IMG/VR virus record: IMGVR_UViG_3300031884_000002
Location: 186,001 to 250,000 of that record
DNA: 64,000 nt
Reading direction: 5' to 3' (one strand)
Made by a program: the position numbers and the translations under genes
Notes under the pieces: model-generated
The model's database searches: none
What the model was told of the DNA's origin: nothing
Seen by the model: only the letters and a program-made list of their open reading frames with translations
Shown: positions 46,212 through 55,216 of the stretch, piece after piece
Numbering within the stretch: the stretch's first letter is position 1
Layout: each line of letters starts with the position of its first letter

Positions 46212-46973
46212 TCAAGAAGGGTCATATCCCCATTCAAAAATAGAATTACCATCCGTATATAAATCTTTAACAGGAACAACTTTAGATAATATTCTATATC
46301 TATCAAACTCAGTTTTACCATGTGTAACTGCATAATCTCGTATTGGAGTAACCCAATCACCTGGATTTATTTTAACTTCTGATTCTTCGGATGTCATTTT
46401 CTTTTTTATTCTTTCTTCTTCATTGCATAAATAATCATAATATTTACTTTTATCTGTAAAATATTTGACATGGGCTGGTATTTTTCCAGTTTTTAATATA
46501 TATTTCTTTTGTTTTTCAATATCTTCCAATTTTTCTTGGGAAGTCAATACCATTGGAACCGCTCGATAAACTCTTATTTTCAAGTTCGGCTTGTCTTTTA
46601 TACTCCTATAAATAGAAACTGCTAATCTATCTAATGTTTCATTGGAGCCATATCCATAAAATCTATATGCTTCAGGAGAAGTGTAAATATCGGGATATGT
46701 AGTGGTGAGATTATATACTGGGTCATCTGTTCTATCTGGAGCAGAATGATTTCCTCTATAATTTTCATCTTCGGTTAATACCGTTAATTTTCCAATCTTT
46801 TTTAAGAAATTGAGTATGGTTTCCCATGCTTTTTCAACATGACCGTTTTCCAACATCATATCAACTTCAAGTTTTAATTCGGGGTCGGCAGAATCATAGA
46901 ATAAAGTTAATTCATGAATACCAACCATTCCAGTATATATGGCTTCTTTTATTAAGTCAGTTAATTTAATCAT
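46212..46973 (-). CDS. Two-module protein with ADP-ribosyltransferase-like domain and MIKL leader
   Basis: RVYRAVP..INPGDWVT..YA..HG..EWGY resembles the ART strand pattern. Confidence 0.5.
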   Translation of the reverse strand: MIKLTDLIKEAIYTGMVGIHELTLFYDSADPELKLEVDMMLENGHVEKAWETILNFLKKIGKLTVLTEDENYRGNHSAPDRTDDPVYNLTTTYPDIYTSPEAYRFYGYGSNETLDRLAVSIYRSIKDKPNLKIRVYRAVPMVLTSQEKLEDIEKQKKYILKTGKIPAHVKYFTDKSKYYDYLCNEEERIKKKMTSEESEVKINPGDWVTPIRDYAVTHGKTEFDRYRILSKVVPVKDLYTDGNSIFEWGYDPS

Positions 46974-48418
46974 ATTTGTTTAATAAATTTCAATGGCATT
47001 TTATATCCTACGATAATAGTATAAGGAGATATACCTTCTGAATGATAATCAGACGGAATTTCTCCTAATTCTAACTCATATGATATATATTCTCTAACCA
47101 AGTGTTCGGCAACTTGAGGTTCATATTCTAAGTTTAATTCTGGTATTTTTAATTCCGATTTAAATGCCGGAAGATTTATTTCTAAACATATGTTTCCATA
47201 AGTTCCGTTTTGATATTCTTCTGGATTTACGCTTGTAAATATACCATGTGCGCTTCTATTATTTATTCCCGTTCCACCACTACCCACTAACTCTCCGTCT
47301 TGTTTAATCAATTCCCAGTTTTCTTCAGTTGTATAATGATACACTGGACTTGGATTCGATTTAAACTCTTTTAATGTGGTTTCAAGATGACCGTTATAAA
47401 TATCATCGGCACTTATATTTACTACTTGTTCTGCATCATTTGAATAAGTCCAATCTATTATATTCTTAATAACGTCGAATGATTCGTTTTCTTTGTTATA
47501 TTCTAACCAAATTATATTATTTTTTAAGTCATATAATTTTATTATTTTCTGATTAAAATATGAACTATATTCTAAATCAAATCTATTTTTTAATTTGGAA
47601 ATTTCCGATTTAGGACATTCATAATCAAAATGGTCCAGATACTCCTGCCAATCATCCCATTTATCAGAATCTTCCGGATACATCTCATCTCTTTCTAAAT
47701 CCGTTATTTCTGATAAAGATTTAGGTTTAAATTCGTCTTTTTCAATTCCTACTATTTTAATTTGTGTATTGAAAAATACAAAGCAATCAAAACTTCCATC
47801 GGAACCACCATCTGGAAGAATGGCACCATCATACCCATCTCGTTTTAATTCTCCTAAACTCATTTTTTCATATTCATCCCATCCAGCCGGATTATTTAAT
47901 GTAACTATTGCAGTTATAATATAACCCTTACTATTAGCACCTGATTCTCCTTTTACTATTTTTTCTTTGTTTGAAGTAAACCACACTATTCCGTGAGTTG
48001 ACTTTTTAATATTAAAAGTTTTAAACGGTTCTTTAGTTCCATGATAAACTGTTAATTTTCCTTTTATATTTTCTGATAATCCATGTGCTTTCATTTGTAA
48101 TTTTTGATAATTTAATTTATCATTTGAACTGATACTATTAGTTTTAGTTACATGGTAATACGGGAATCTTTTTTTAATCAATGCTTTAACTTCTTCTCTA
48201 ATATCCTCGGATGGTTGATTATACCAATAAATGGTTTGATTACTAGCATTATATCTAAAATTATATTTATCTCTATTGTAACTCCATCCATATTTATCCA
48301 ATAAATCCGAGTGACTTTCTATATTACTATCCATTATTATATTGAAATCATCATCCACACATCCCACAATGATATAAGGAGATTTAATTTCATTTAATAA
48401 TATTTTCAATTTAATCAT
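46970..48418 (-). CDS. Multidomain protein with ART-PolyVal-like domain, a second ART-like domain and MIKLK leader
   Basis: VYHGT..F..F..GIVWFT..LNNP..GYDG..VF..QIK; later VYHYT..GIFTS..YG..LEI. Confidence 0.65.
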   Translation of the reverse strand: MIKLKILLNEIKSPYIIVGCVDDDFNIIMDSNIESHSDLLDKYGWSYNRDKYNFRYNASNQTIYWYNQPSEDIREEVKALIKKRFPYYHVTKTNSISSNDKLNYQKLQMKAHGLSENIKGKLTVYHGTKEPFKTFNIKKSTHGIVWFTSNKEKIVKGESGANSKGYIITAIVTLNNPAGWDEYEKMSLGELKRDGYDGAILPDGGSDGSFDCFVFFNTQIKIVGIEKDEFKPKSLSEITDLERDEMYPEDSDKWDDWQEYLDHFDYECPKSEISKLKNRFDLEYSSYFNQKIIKLYDLKNNIIWLEYNKENESFDVIKNIIDWTYSNDAEQVVNISADDIYNGHLETTLKEFKSNPSPVYHYTTEENWELIKQDGELVGSGGTGINNRSAHGIFTSVNPEEYQNGTYGNICLEINLPAFKSELKIPELNLEYEPQVAEHLVREYISYELELGEIPSDYHSEGISPYTIIVGYKMPLKFIKQI

Positions 48419-48480
48419 AATCCCTTTGATTTTAAATATTGTTTAATCATATCCAAATATTCTGATTTAATACTATTCAT
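48415..48480 (-). CDS. 21-aa mini-ORF coupled to the next gene
   Basis: MNSIKSEYLDMIKQYLKSKGL*; TATTTATA 5 nt upstream; ATGA overlap. Confidence 0.4.
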   Translation of the reverse strand: MNSIKSEYLDMIKQYLKSKGL

Positions 48481-48496
48481 ATTTATATAAATATAT

Positions 48497-49471
48497 TTAT
48501 TTAGATATAGAATTTACTATTTGTCTAACCTTCTCAAATGATATTTTAATATTGCATAATTGTAATTTTTTAACGATTGTTCGTATGGATGCTCCCGTAT
48601 TTCTTAAAGTTATTATAGATGTTTTTTCGTAATCTGTAATAGGTCTATACTTATGATGATTTTCTTTACTTCTATAATATTTATATTTTCTGAATATATT
48701 ATTATCAATTAATATTCTTTTTATAACATCGTATCCATAATTTTTATATTTTAATTTTTTAATAGTGTTCATTAACCCATATTGCTTATAGTTTTGTATA
48801 ATTTCCATCTCATCTTTGCGTGTTACGAATTTCCATTGATGGTGTTTATCTTTACTTAATAATCCTATATGAGATATGCTTATTTTTTGTTTTGATTTTT
48901 CGGTGTGATGCTTTCCATACCAATGAGATTTTTTTCCGTTTAAAATTGGAGTGTTTGATTTTATTTTAGCAATTGTTTCTTGTGTATGATGTTTTCCATA
49001 AAATGGATTTCCTGTACCACTAAATAGTTTTTTCATTTTAAGTTTATATTCTTCAGTTGGAATGTATCCACTCGCTCCTTCTCCACCATTTGTTAAATTA
49101 CATAGTTTTATATTATTCTTTTTGGCCTTTTTTATTTCGTTTATTTCTAGTTCAAATGCTTCTTTTTCAGTAATATTCTTTTTTATAAACAATACCTTTA
49201 CATCGTGTCCTAAGTTTATTATTTTTTTTATTTTATTAAATAAATGTAAATTATTATTTGGAATTTCGTTTTTTTTAACTTTTCGGATATGTTCGTAATA
49301 TCTATATTTACACCCCTTCCCAATGTAAAATACAATATTATTTACTGGATCTATTAAATTATATACATAAAATCTATTTTCTTTCTTTCCAATACTTTTG
49401 CATACGTTTTCGTTTAATTTGCTCTGAATTTTTTCTATACCAATTTCGTTTCCATCTTCGTTCGGCTTCAT
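48497..49471 (-). CDS. GIY-YIG homing endonuclease with NUMOD3-like repeats
   Basis: FYVYNLID..FYIGKG..R..H..E..LCNLTNGGEG; NPFYGKHHT, HWYGKHHT. Confidence 0.88.
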   Translation of the reverse strand: MKPNEDGNEIGIEKIQSKLNENVCKSIGKKENRFYVYNLIDPVNNIVFYIGKGCKYRYYEHIRKVKKNEIPNNNLHLFNKIKKIINLGHDVKVLFIKKNITEKEAFELEINEIKKAKKNNIKLCNLTNGGEGASGYIPTEEYKLKMKKLFSGTGNPFYGKHHTQETIAKIKSNTPILNGKKSHWYGKHHTEKSKQKISISHIGLLSKDKHHQWKFVTRKDEMEIIQNYKQYGLMNTIKKLKYKNYGYDVIKRILIDNNIFRKYKYYRSKENHHKYRPITDYEKTSIITLRNTGASIRTIVKKLQLCNIKISFEKVRQIVNSISK

Positions 49472-49511
49472 ATTTTTCTTCTTTTGTATTGTATATTTTA
49501 TTTCTTCCCAT
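49374..49511 (-). CDS. 45-aa basic mini-ORF overlapping the GIY-YIG 5' end out of frame (copy 2)
   Basis: MGRNKIYNTKEEKYEAERRWKRNWYRKNSEQIKRKRMQKYWKERK*. Confidence 0.65.
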   Translation of the reverse strand: MGRNKIYNTKEEKYEAERRWKRNWYRKNSEQIKRKRMQKYWKERK

Positions 49512-49573
49512 AACTTTTATTAACCTTTCTACATTATAAATATATAACTACAAACATAAAACTACAAATATTT

Positions 49574-51127
49574 TCATTTATTTTTAATTATATTTCTAAC
49601 TATATTAAATGCTTCGTCTCTTGTTAAATTTGGATTTTCATATATAGCATCTCGTATAGCGTCTAATATTTCTTTATAAATTGGACCCCTTGGTATTTTT
49701 AACGATATTAAATCATCACCAGTTACCGGTAATTTATCGGTTTTCTTTGGAATTGAGTTTTTTAATGCGTCAATTCGTCTTATAATATTTGGTATTTGTT
49801 CTGGATTTGTATGACTTCCTTCATGAGACGCATTATCCGCCGACATAACATCCAAGGTTGCTTCCAAATGGTCTCCCAAATCAACTACAAACTTTCTAAG
49901 TGCTTTATCAGTCACTAATTCTCCTTTTTCACCGGACCTTTTAAGTCGCATATGATTTTTAATTCCGGCAACTACTGGATTTATAATTTCCGATGGATAT
50001 TTCAGATTAGTTAATATTTCTCGTGCCATGTCAGCACCTATATGCTCGTGCTCATAAAAATGGATTTCTCCATCAACTATAGTTTTGGTTTTTACTTTAC
50101 CAACATCGTGAAACAATGCCATTAATCTATTTATTAGATTAGGTTTAGTTTTCTTTAATACTTCGAGTGAATGCATCCATACGTCGTGTTTATGATATTT
50201 ATTTTGACCCATTCCTATTGCCTGTTCCAATTCCGGTGAAATATATTTCATTGCCCCAATATCTTTTAACATATCCAATGCTTCGGCTGGATGGTCGGTT
50301 AATAACATTTTATTCATTTCATCTCGGATACGTTCTTTCGAAATGTGTTGTAATTCATTTATATTACGTTTCATTCCTTCTAACGTTTCTTCGTCTAAAG
50401 TGAATCCATATTTTATAGCGAATCTGACTCCTCTCAAAATCCGCAAACTGTCTTGTTGATATATTTCATCGGCAGGAGAAGTAGTTTTTAATATTCCATT
50501 GTGAATATCTGATATTCCTCTTCCGGTTATATCCAATACTTTACTAGTAGTTAAATCAAACACCAAGCTATTGATAGTGTAATCTCTTCTATAGATATCA
50601 TCTTCTATGGTTCCTGCTCTTACAATTGGCTTCCTACTTCCATGTATATATTCTTCTTTTCGTGCGGCAACACATTCTATATCCATATTAGATAAGTCAA
50701 TTCCATTATATTCTACCCCTTTCAAAACAAACTTAGCAGTTCCAAATGTAGGAAATAATACAGGATTTGACATATTCTTAGTGTATTCTGCTAATTTTTG
50801 TAAAGTGGCTTCATCTTTATTACAAATTAAATCCCAATTTGTTTTTATAAATTGTATAAACTCTTTAAATACAACTTCCGTTGGACCTTTATAATTTTTC
50901 ATAAATAAGGTAGCCCAACGAGCAAACTCCATTCCTCCAGTTATATCGTGATTTGTTACAACCACATCCAAATCTTTTGGTGAGCCACCCATTTCCATAT
51001 CCCTCACTGCGCCACCAGCAAGATATACTTGTCCTCTATACGGTCCTTCTTGTACCAATTTCTTTAGGTATTCTATGGCTGTGGTTTCTACAACACCTTC
51101 GTTTAATAACATTTTCAATTTAATCAT
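49574..51127 (-). CDS. cca: tRNA nucleotidyltransferase (CCA-adding/poly(A) polymerase family) with HD domain and MIKLK leader
   Basis: LAGGAVRD..DLDV, RRDYTIN, QDSLRILRGVRF, ISKERIRDE, ALFHDVGK. Confidence 0.88.
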   Translation of the reverse strand: MIKLKMLLNEGVVETTAIEYLKKLVQEGPYRGQVYLAGGAVRDMEMGGSPKDLDVVVTNHDITGGMEFARWATLFMKNYKGPTEVVFKEFIQFIKTNWDLICNKDEATLQKLAEYTKNMSNPVLFPTFGTAKFVLKGVEYNGIDLSNMDIECVAARKEEYIHGSRKPIVRAGTIEDDIYRRDYTINSLVFDLTTSKVLDITGRGISDIHNGILKTTSPADEIYQQDSLRILRGVRFAIKYGFTLDEETLEGMKRNINELQHISKERIRDEMNKMLLTDHPAEALDMLKDIGAMKYISPELEQAIGMGQNKYHKHDVWMHSLEVLKKTKPNLINRLMALFHDVGKVKTKTIVDGEIHFYEHEHIGADMAREILTNLKYPSEIINPVVAGIKNHMRLKRSGEKGELVTDKALRKFVVDLGDHLEATLDVMSADNASHEGSHTNPEQIPNIIRRIDALKNSIPKKTDKLPVTGDDLISLKIPRGPIYKEILDAIRDAIYENPNLTRDEAFNIVRNIIKNK

Positions 51128-51129
51128 AT

Positions 51130-51744
51130 TTAATAAGTATATGGTTCATAAATCTCATGTGGCAATCTCAATGCTAACAATGCAATTTCAACTTCTTTCA
51201 AACATTCGTTGACTCCACCACCAGTTAAAACAATATTTCTATAATTTTTCAAAAAATCCATTAAATCAGGTATATTTACACAATCTCTACTATCTCTTAA
51301 CAATTCGTATACTTCTTTTCTGTCTGTTCTTCTATACTCTCTTAAATATTTAGCCCACATTTCACGAGTCATATCTCTAGAATCTCGTATGTCATTTTCA
51401 TACATGAATCTTACAAAATTAGCAATTGTATCATCTGCTAAATTATTGTCAATACAATATCTAAAAAACGCATATCCTTTATCATACCAGATAGAACTAT
51501 TAATCACATCTTCGTTCAATCCTTGTTCCATGAACCAATATTTATATTCTGATTCATCAGGAAATCCTAAATCCGGACCATTAAATAAAAATATTAATTT
51601 ATAACAATCTAAATTGTTTAGAAATTCACAATATCTATCCATCCTAAAACCAAATGATTTTCGATATTCCGGTTGAATATCTACCGATATAAAAGTTTTA
51701 CCATTGAATGATTCTTCAGTTAAAATGGATTTTAGGTTTATCAT
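51130..51744 (-). CDS. Isochorismatase/cysteine-hydrolase-like protein with MINLK leader
   Basis: FISVDIQPEY..DKGYAF..IVLTGGGVNECL. Confidence 0.5.
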   Translation of the reverse strand: MINLKSILTEESFNGKTFISVDIQPEYRKSFGFRMDRYCEFLNNLDCYKLIFLFNGPDLGFPDESEYKYWFMEQGLNEDVINSSIWYDKGYAFFRYCIDNNLADDTIANFVRFMYENDIRDSRDMTREMWAKYLREYRRTDRKEVYELLRDSRDCVNIPDLMDFLKNYRNIVLTGGGVNECLKEVEIALLALRLPHEIYEPYTY

Positions 51745-52559
51745 AAAAATATAAGTTTATATAATTCTTTTATAAACTGTCTCCATCGAACCGGCTCTTT
51801 CTTTTTCATATCATCTATATTTTCCAGTATTTCATTCAATCTTTCATCTCTGTAAAATGCATTATTTGAATAATTATTAGATATTAGTTCTTTAAATGCG
51901 GTTTCCCATTTATTCTTAGGGAAGTTTTTATTTAGATATCGTTTAATATGAAACGCATATGTATGAAGATTAGTTTTAAACTCTATATCTCGCATATGGT
52001 GAGCAGTTCTACCCGAACTTGATGAGTTATATCCTAATAAATCAGTTGTTCGATTTAACACTTTTTCCTTTGGTAATCCGGTTTTTGATATCATTTGAAC
52101 CAAATGACGAAGTTCATGTTTTACCGTATCAATCAATTCGTCTGTTGATTTTTTAAAACTATGTATAAACGAATACGTATCAATTATAATATATAATTCG
52201 GTTGGATTTTCTTCCACTTTAACATATCCTGTATTAGAAGAATTAAACCCGTTTGTAATTCTAACTACAATATCCGGAAACTCTCTTTGTTTTGATAATA
52301 TTCTAAAATCGGATAGTCCCCAAGCTGTATCTACTTTATATGATTCAATTTTAAATAATAATCGTCCTTCTTTTTTGTATTGGGTTGCTAATCTATAATA
52401 TTCGTTATATTTTATTATCGAATGATTCGATTTAGTTTTAGAATGTTCCGCTCTTGTTTTGAAATAAGGTAAAAATAATGCCGCAATATATTTTGCGGCT
52501 GCTGTTGCCAATGCATCAGCCTCAACCTGTAATTCAAAGTTTTCTGTTAACTCTATCAT
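51741..52559 (-). CDS. Zincin-like metallopeptidase
   Basis: TVKHELRHLVQ (HExxH) with downstream Glu (DIEF). Confidence 0.6.
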   Translation of the reverse strand: MIELTENFELQVEADALATAAAKYIAALFLPYFKTRAEHSKTKSNHSIIKYNEYYRLATQYKKEGRLLFKIESYKVDTAWGLSDFRILSKQREFPDIVVRITNGFNSSNTGYVKVEENPTELYIIIDTYSFIHSFKKSTDELIDTVKHELRHLVQMISKTGLPKEKVLNRTTDLLGYNSSSSGRTAHHMRDIEFKTNLHTYAFHIKRYLNKNFPKNKWETAFKELISNNYSNNAFYRDERLNEILENIDDMKKKEPVRWRQFIKELYKLIFL

Positions 52560-53131
52560 ATATTCTTAAGAAACGTATCAAAATATTTATTATTTCTTCC
52601 CAGTTCTATTTTTTTACCATTTTTATCAATGGCACTTCTTTTATATTCGGCAGTTGCTGTTTTCCAATCACCCAATAAAACAGCTCTTACAAACTTTGGA
52701 AAGTGTCGTATTGTACCTAAATTATAAGCAAAGTCAATCAACATTTCTTCTTTGTGCTGGTCCAATGTCGGAATATTAACTTTAAACATGTGTTTAATAT
52801 CGGAATATACTTTTCCTTTGGCAATTGTCAAATCTCTGATAAGCAATTCATTTGCTTGTTTATCAGTTATTCCGTTTTTAAATAGATGCATTTCATTATT
52901 TTCTATTTTATGCCCAAATCCTATATGTGGACCGGTTGGGTCTTGATACATGTGCCATATTCCATTTTTATATCCTTTATTTATTCCATTCTCCACATTT
53001 TTAATGTATTTTATTAAAGTGGGTGAAAACTCATGGTGCGTATTCGATTGAATATGACCGGAAGGAATGTCAATATTTTCAAACACAAAAAAATTTTTGT
53101 ATTTCGGAGTTTGGGTTTTTGCGTAGCACAT
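52556..53131 (-). CDS. Phage lysozyme (GH24, T4 lysozyme-like)
   Basis: VENG..YQDPTG.HIGFGH..GIT..ANELL..DL..IDFAYNLG..FPKF. Confidence 0.8.
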   Translation of the reverse strand: MCYAKTQTPKYKNFFVFENIDIPSGHIQSNTHHEFSPTLIKYIKNVENGINKGYKNGIWHMYQDPTGPHIGFGHKIENNEMHLFKNGITDKQANELLIRDLTIAKGKVYSDIKHMFKVNIPTLDQHKEEMLIDFAYNLGTIRHFPKFVRAVLLGDWKTATAEYKRSAIDKNGKKIELGRNNKYFDTFLKNI

Positions 53132-53189
53132 AAATATAAATATAATTTTAATTAGTTAAACAAGAAATCCACTCATATTTATTATTTAT

Positions 53190-54380
53190 ATGAATAATGA
53201 AGAATATCAAGAATATAATAATGCGTTGATTCGCTGGCCGGGGAGCGGTAGTTTGGATGTTGCTTCGTTAACTATATTTGGAAATTATAATAATGACGCT
53301 CAATTTATACGAGATTGTATAGGAGCATCGAAATGGGCATGTTTAAGATTAGGATATCCAACGGTTGATGTAGAATTAGTAGATAAGATAATATATCCTG
53401 CTTTTGAAGAGTCTGTTAATGAATATAATGCAAAAGTAAATGAGTTTAATGCTATTAACAATATGATAGCATTACAAGGACAGACCATTTCATCTACGAA
53501 TGGAGGAGTAACTGGAAAAGTAGTAAACTCAACGGGTCTTGAAAGGATGACTATAATCGCTCGTGATTATGGAAGTGAAGCAGGTAGCGGTGGTAATTAT
53601 GATTGGAAAATGGCATCATTTCAAGTTTATCCAAATCGGCAAACCTATGATTTACAAGAACTTATAGGATTTGGAGAGGATTGTAATAGAATTGAAATCA
53701 AAAGAATATTCCACGATAGACCACCCGCATTTCAAAGAATATATGATCCATTTTCCATGACTGGAATGAGTTATTCTAATATTTTAACCGAATTAGGATT
53801 TGGAGCATATAGTCCTGCAACTCAATTTTTAATGTGTCCTATATTCGAAGACATGTTAAGAGGTCAAGCCATTCAATTTAATGATTTAGTTAGAAAGTCG
53901 GCATTTTCATTCCACGTTGCCAATAATAAAGTAACTTTATTTCCAGTTCCTGAATGTGGATATAAATGTCATATTCAATATACCACTGATAATATCAAAT
54001 TAGAAAACAATTCTTTATATGGAGATGGAACTAATGTTATTAGTGATTTAGCCGACATTCCATATTCGGTTCATCCATATTCCAGTATAAATGATGCTGG
54101 AAGACAATGGATTAGAAAATATTTCTTAGCAAATTGTAAAGAAATATTAGGATGTATTCGTCAAAAAGTTCAAACTTTACCAATTCCCGGTGGAGAAACG
54201 ACTTTAGATGGTGCAGAGTTAAGAAGCGAGGCACAGCAAGAAAAGCAACTATTACAAGATAATTTGAAAGAAATATTAGAAAACACAAGTAAATATAATC
54301 AGATGGAAAAACAATCTGCTTACAATTCGCAGTTAATGGATAATTTAAAAGCGGTTCCTCTTGGATTATATATATTTTAA
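53190..54380 (+). CDS. Neck/head-tail adaptor protein (T4 gp13-like)
   Basis: RLGYPTVDVEL..QWIRKYFLA..LG.IR.K..IPGGETTLDG.EL..EA. Confidence 0.8.
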   Translation: MNNEEYQEYNNALIRWPGSGSLDVASLTIFGNYNNDAQFIRDCIGASKWACLRLGYPTVDVELVDKIIYPAFEESVNEYNAKVNEFNAINNMIALQGQTISSTNGGVTGKVVNSTGLERMTIIARDYGSEAGSGGNYDWKMASFQVYPNRQTYDLQELIGFGEDCNRIEIKRIFHDRPPAFQRIYDPFSMTGMSYSNILTELGFGAYSPATQFLMCPIFEDMLRGQAIQFNDLVRKSAFSFHVANNKVTLFPVPECGYKCHIQYTTDNIKLENNSLYGDGTNVISDLADIPYSVHPYSSINDAGRQWIRKYFLANCKEILGCIRQKVQTLPIPGGETTLDGAELRSEAQQEKQLLQDNLKEILENTSKYNQMEKQSAYNSQLMDNLKAVPLGLYIF

Positions 54381-54417
54381 CCAACTCAACAATATGAAAT
54401 GTACTAAAGTTTTAGGG

Positions 54418-54445
54418 TTGACAAATAGAAAATAATCTATAAACT
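54418..54445 (+). promoter_or_regulatory. sigma70-type promoter TTGACA-16-TAAACT
   Basis: 8 nt from ATG at 54454. Confidence 0.6.
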
Positions 54446-54453
54446 GTGGCAAT

Positions 54454-54696
54454 ATGAAAAACAAAAAACTATTCGTAAAAACTAACACCGGCACATTTAT
54501 CTTAAATGAAGGATATGGCGAAACCGACATGAATAATCCCGAAGAAAAACGAGAAGTTCAAATTGGAAAAGAAATATATTCTATTTTAGAATATTCTGTT
54601 AAAAACTTAAAAAATCAAGAATCAGTATATGAAAACTTAGTAAAAATTGCCAAATTAGCAGAAGAATTGGTAAATATGCATGGAAGTCAACTCTAA
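54454..54696 (+). CDS. Small hypothetical protein
   Basis: 80 aa; ILNE motif near the N-terminus. Confidence 0.55.
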   Translation: MKNKKLFVKTNTGTFILNEGYGETDMNNPEEKREVQIGKEIYSILEYSVKNLKNQESVYENLVKIAKLAEELVNMHGSQL

Positions 54697-54698
54697 TT

Positions 54699-55169
54699 AT
54701 GAGAGGTCGATATTTTAGTCCCAGAGATATATCTTTCATTCGAGGGGTCAATGAAGAATTGCTTAATCGAGTAATTCAAACTGGCGTAGTTATATATAAA
54801 ATTGCGGCAGATATAACTCAGACAAATATTTATGGAGAAGTATCCAATAAAAGTATTAAAAAATATCATCGAGGATTATACATAAACGCATATGTTGATA
54901 GAGGAGAATTAACAACTGAACCCAATGATTTTATTGATAAGAAACAAAATACCGTGTTTAAGTTTTTATATCACGAATTAAAAAAATTAGAGTTTTATCC
55001 TCAAGAGGGAGATATTATACAATTCAATGACCGTTTATATCAAACCGAAAATGTAGTAGGACAAGACCAATTATTAGGAGGACAACCAGATAAATCGTTC
55101 AGTATAATTGTAAACACACATTATAGTCGTCTTTCGGTAAATGATTTGAAGTTTGTAGACCAGCATTGA
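54699..55169 (+). CDS. Head closure/neck protein (T4 gp14-like)
   Basis: TNIYGE..YPQEGDIIQF; between gp13-like and gp15-like genes. Confidence 0.6.
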   Translation: MRGRYFSPRDISFIRGVNEELLNRVIQTGVVIYKIAADITQTNIYGEVSNKSIKKYHRGLYINAYVDRGELTTEPNDFIDKKQNTVFKFLYHELKKLEFYPQEGDIIQFNDRLYQTENVVGQDQLLGGQPDKSFSIIVNTHYSRLSVNDLKFVDQH

Positions 55170-55216
55170 TTTATATAAATGCGGGTTATTGACATTGTAA
55201 TTATATTTATATTTAT

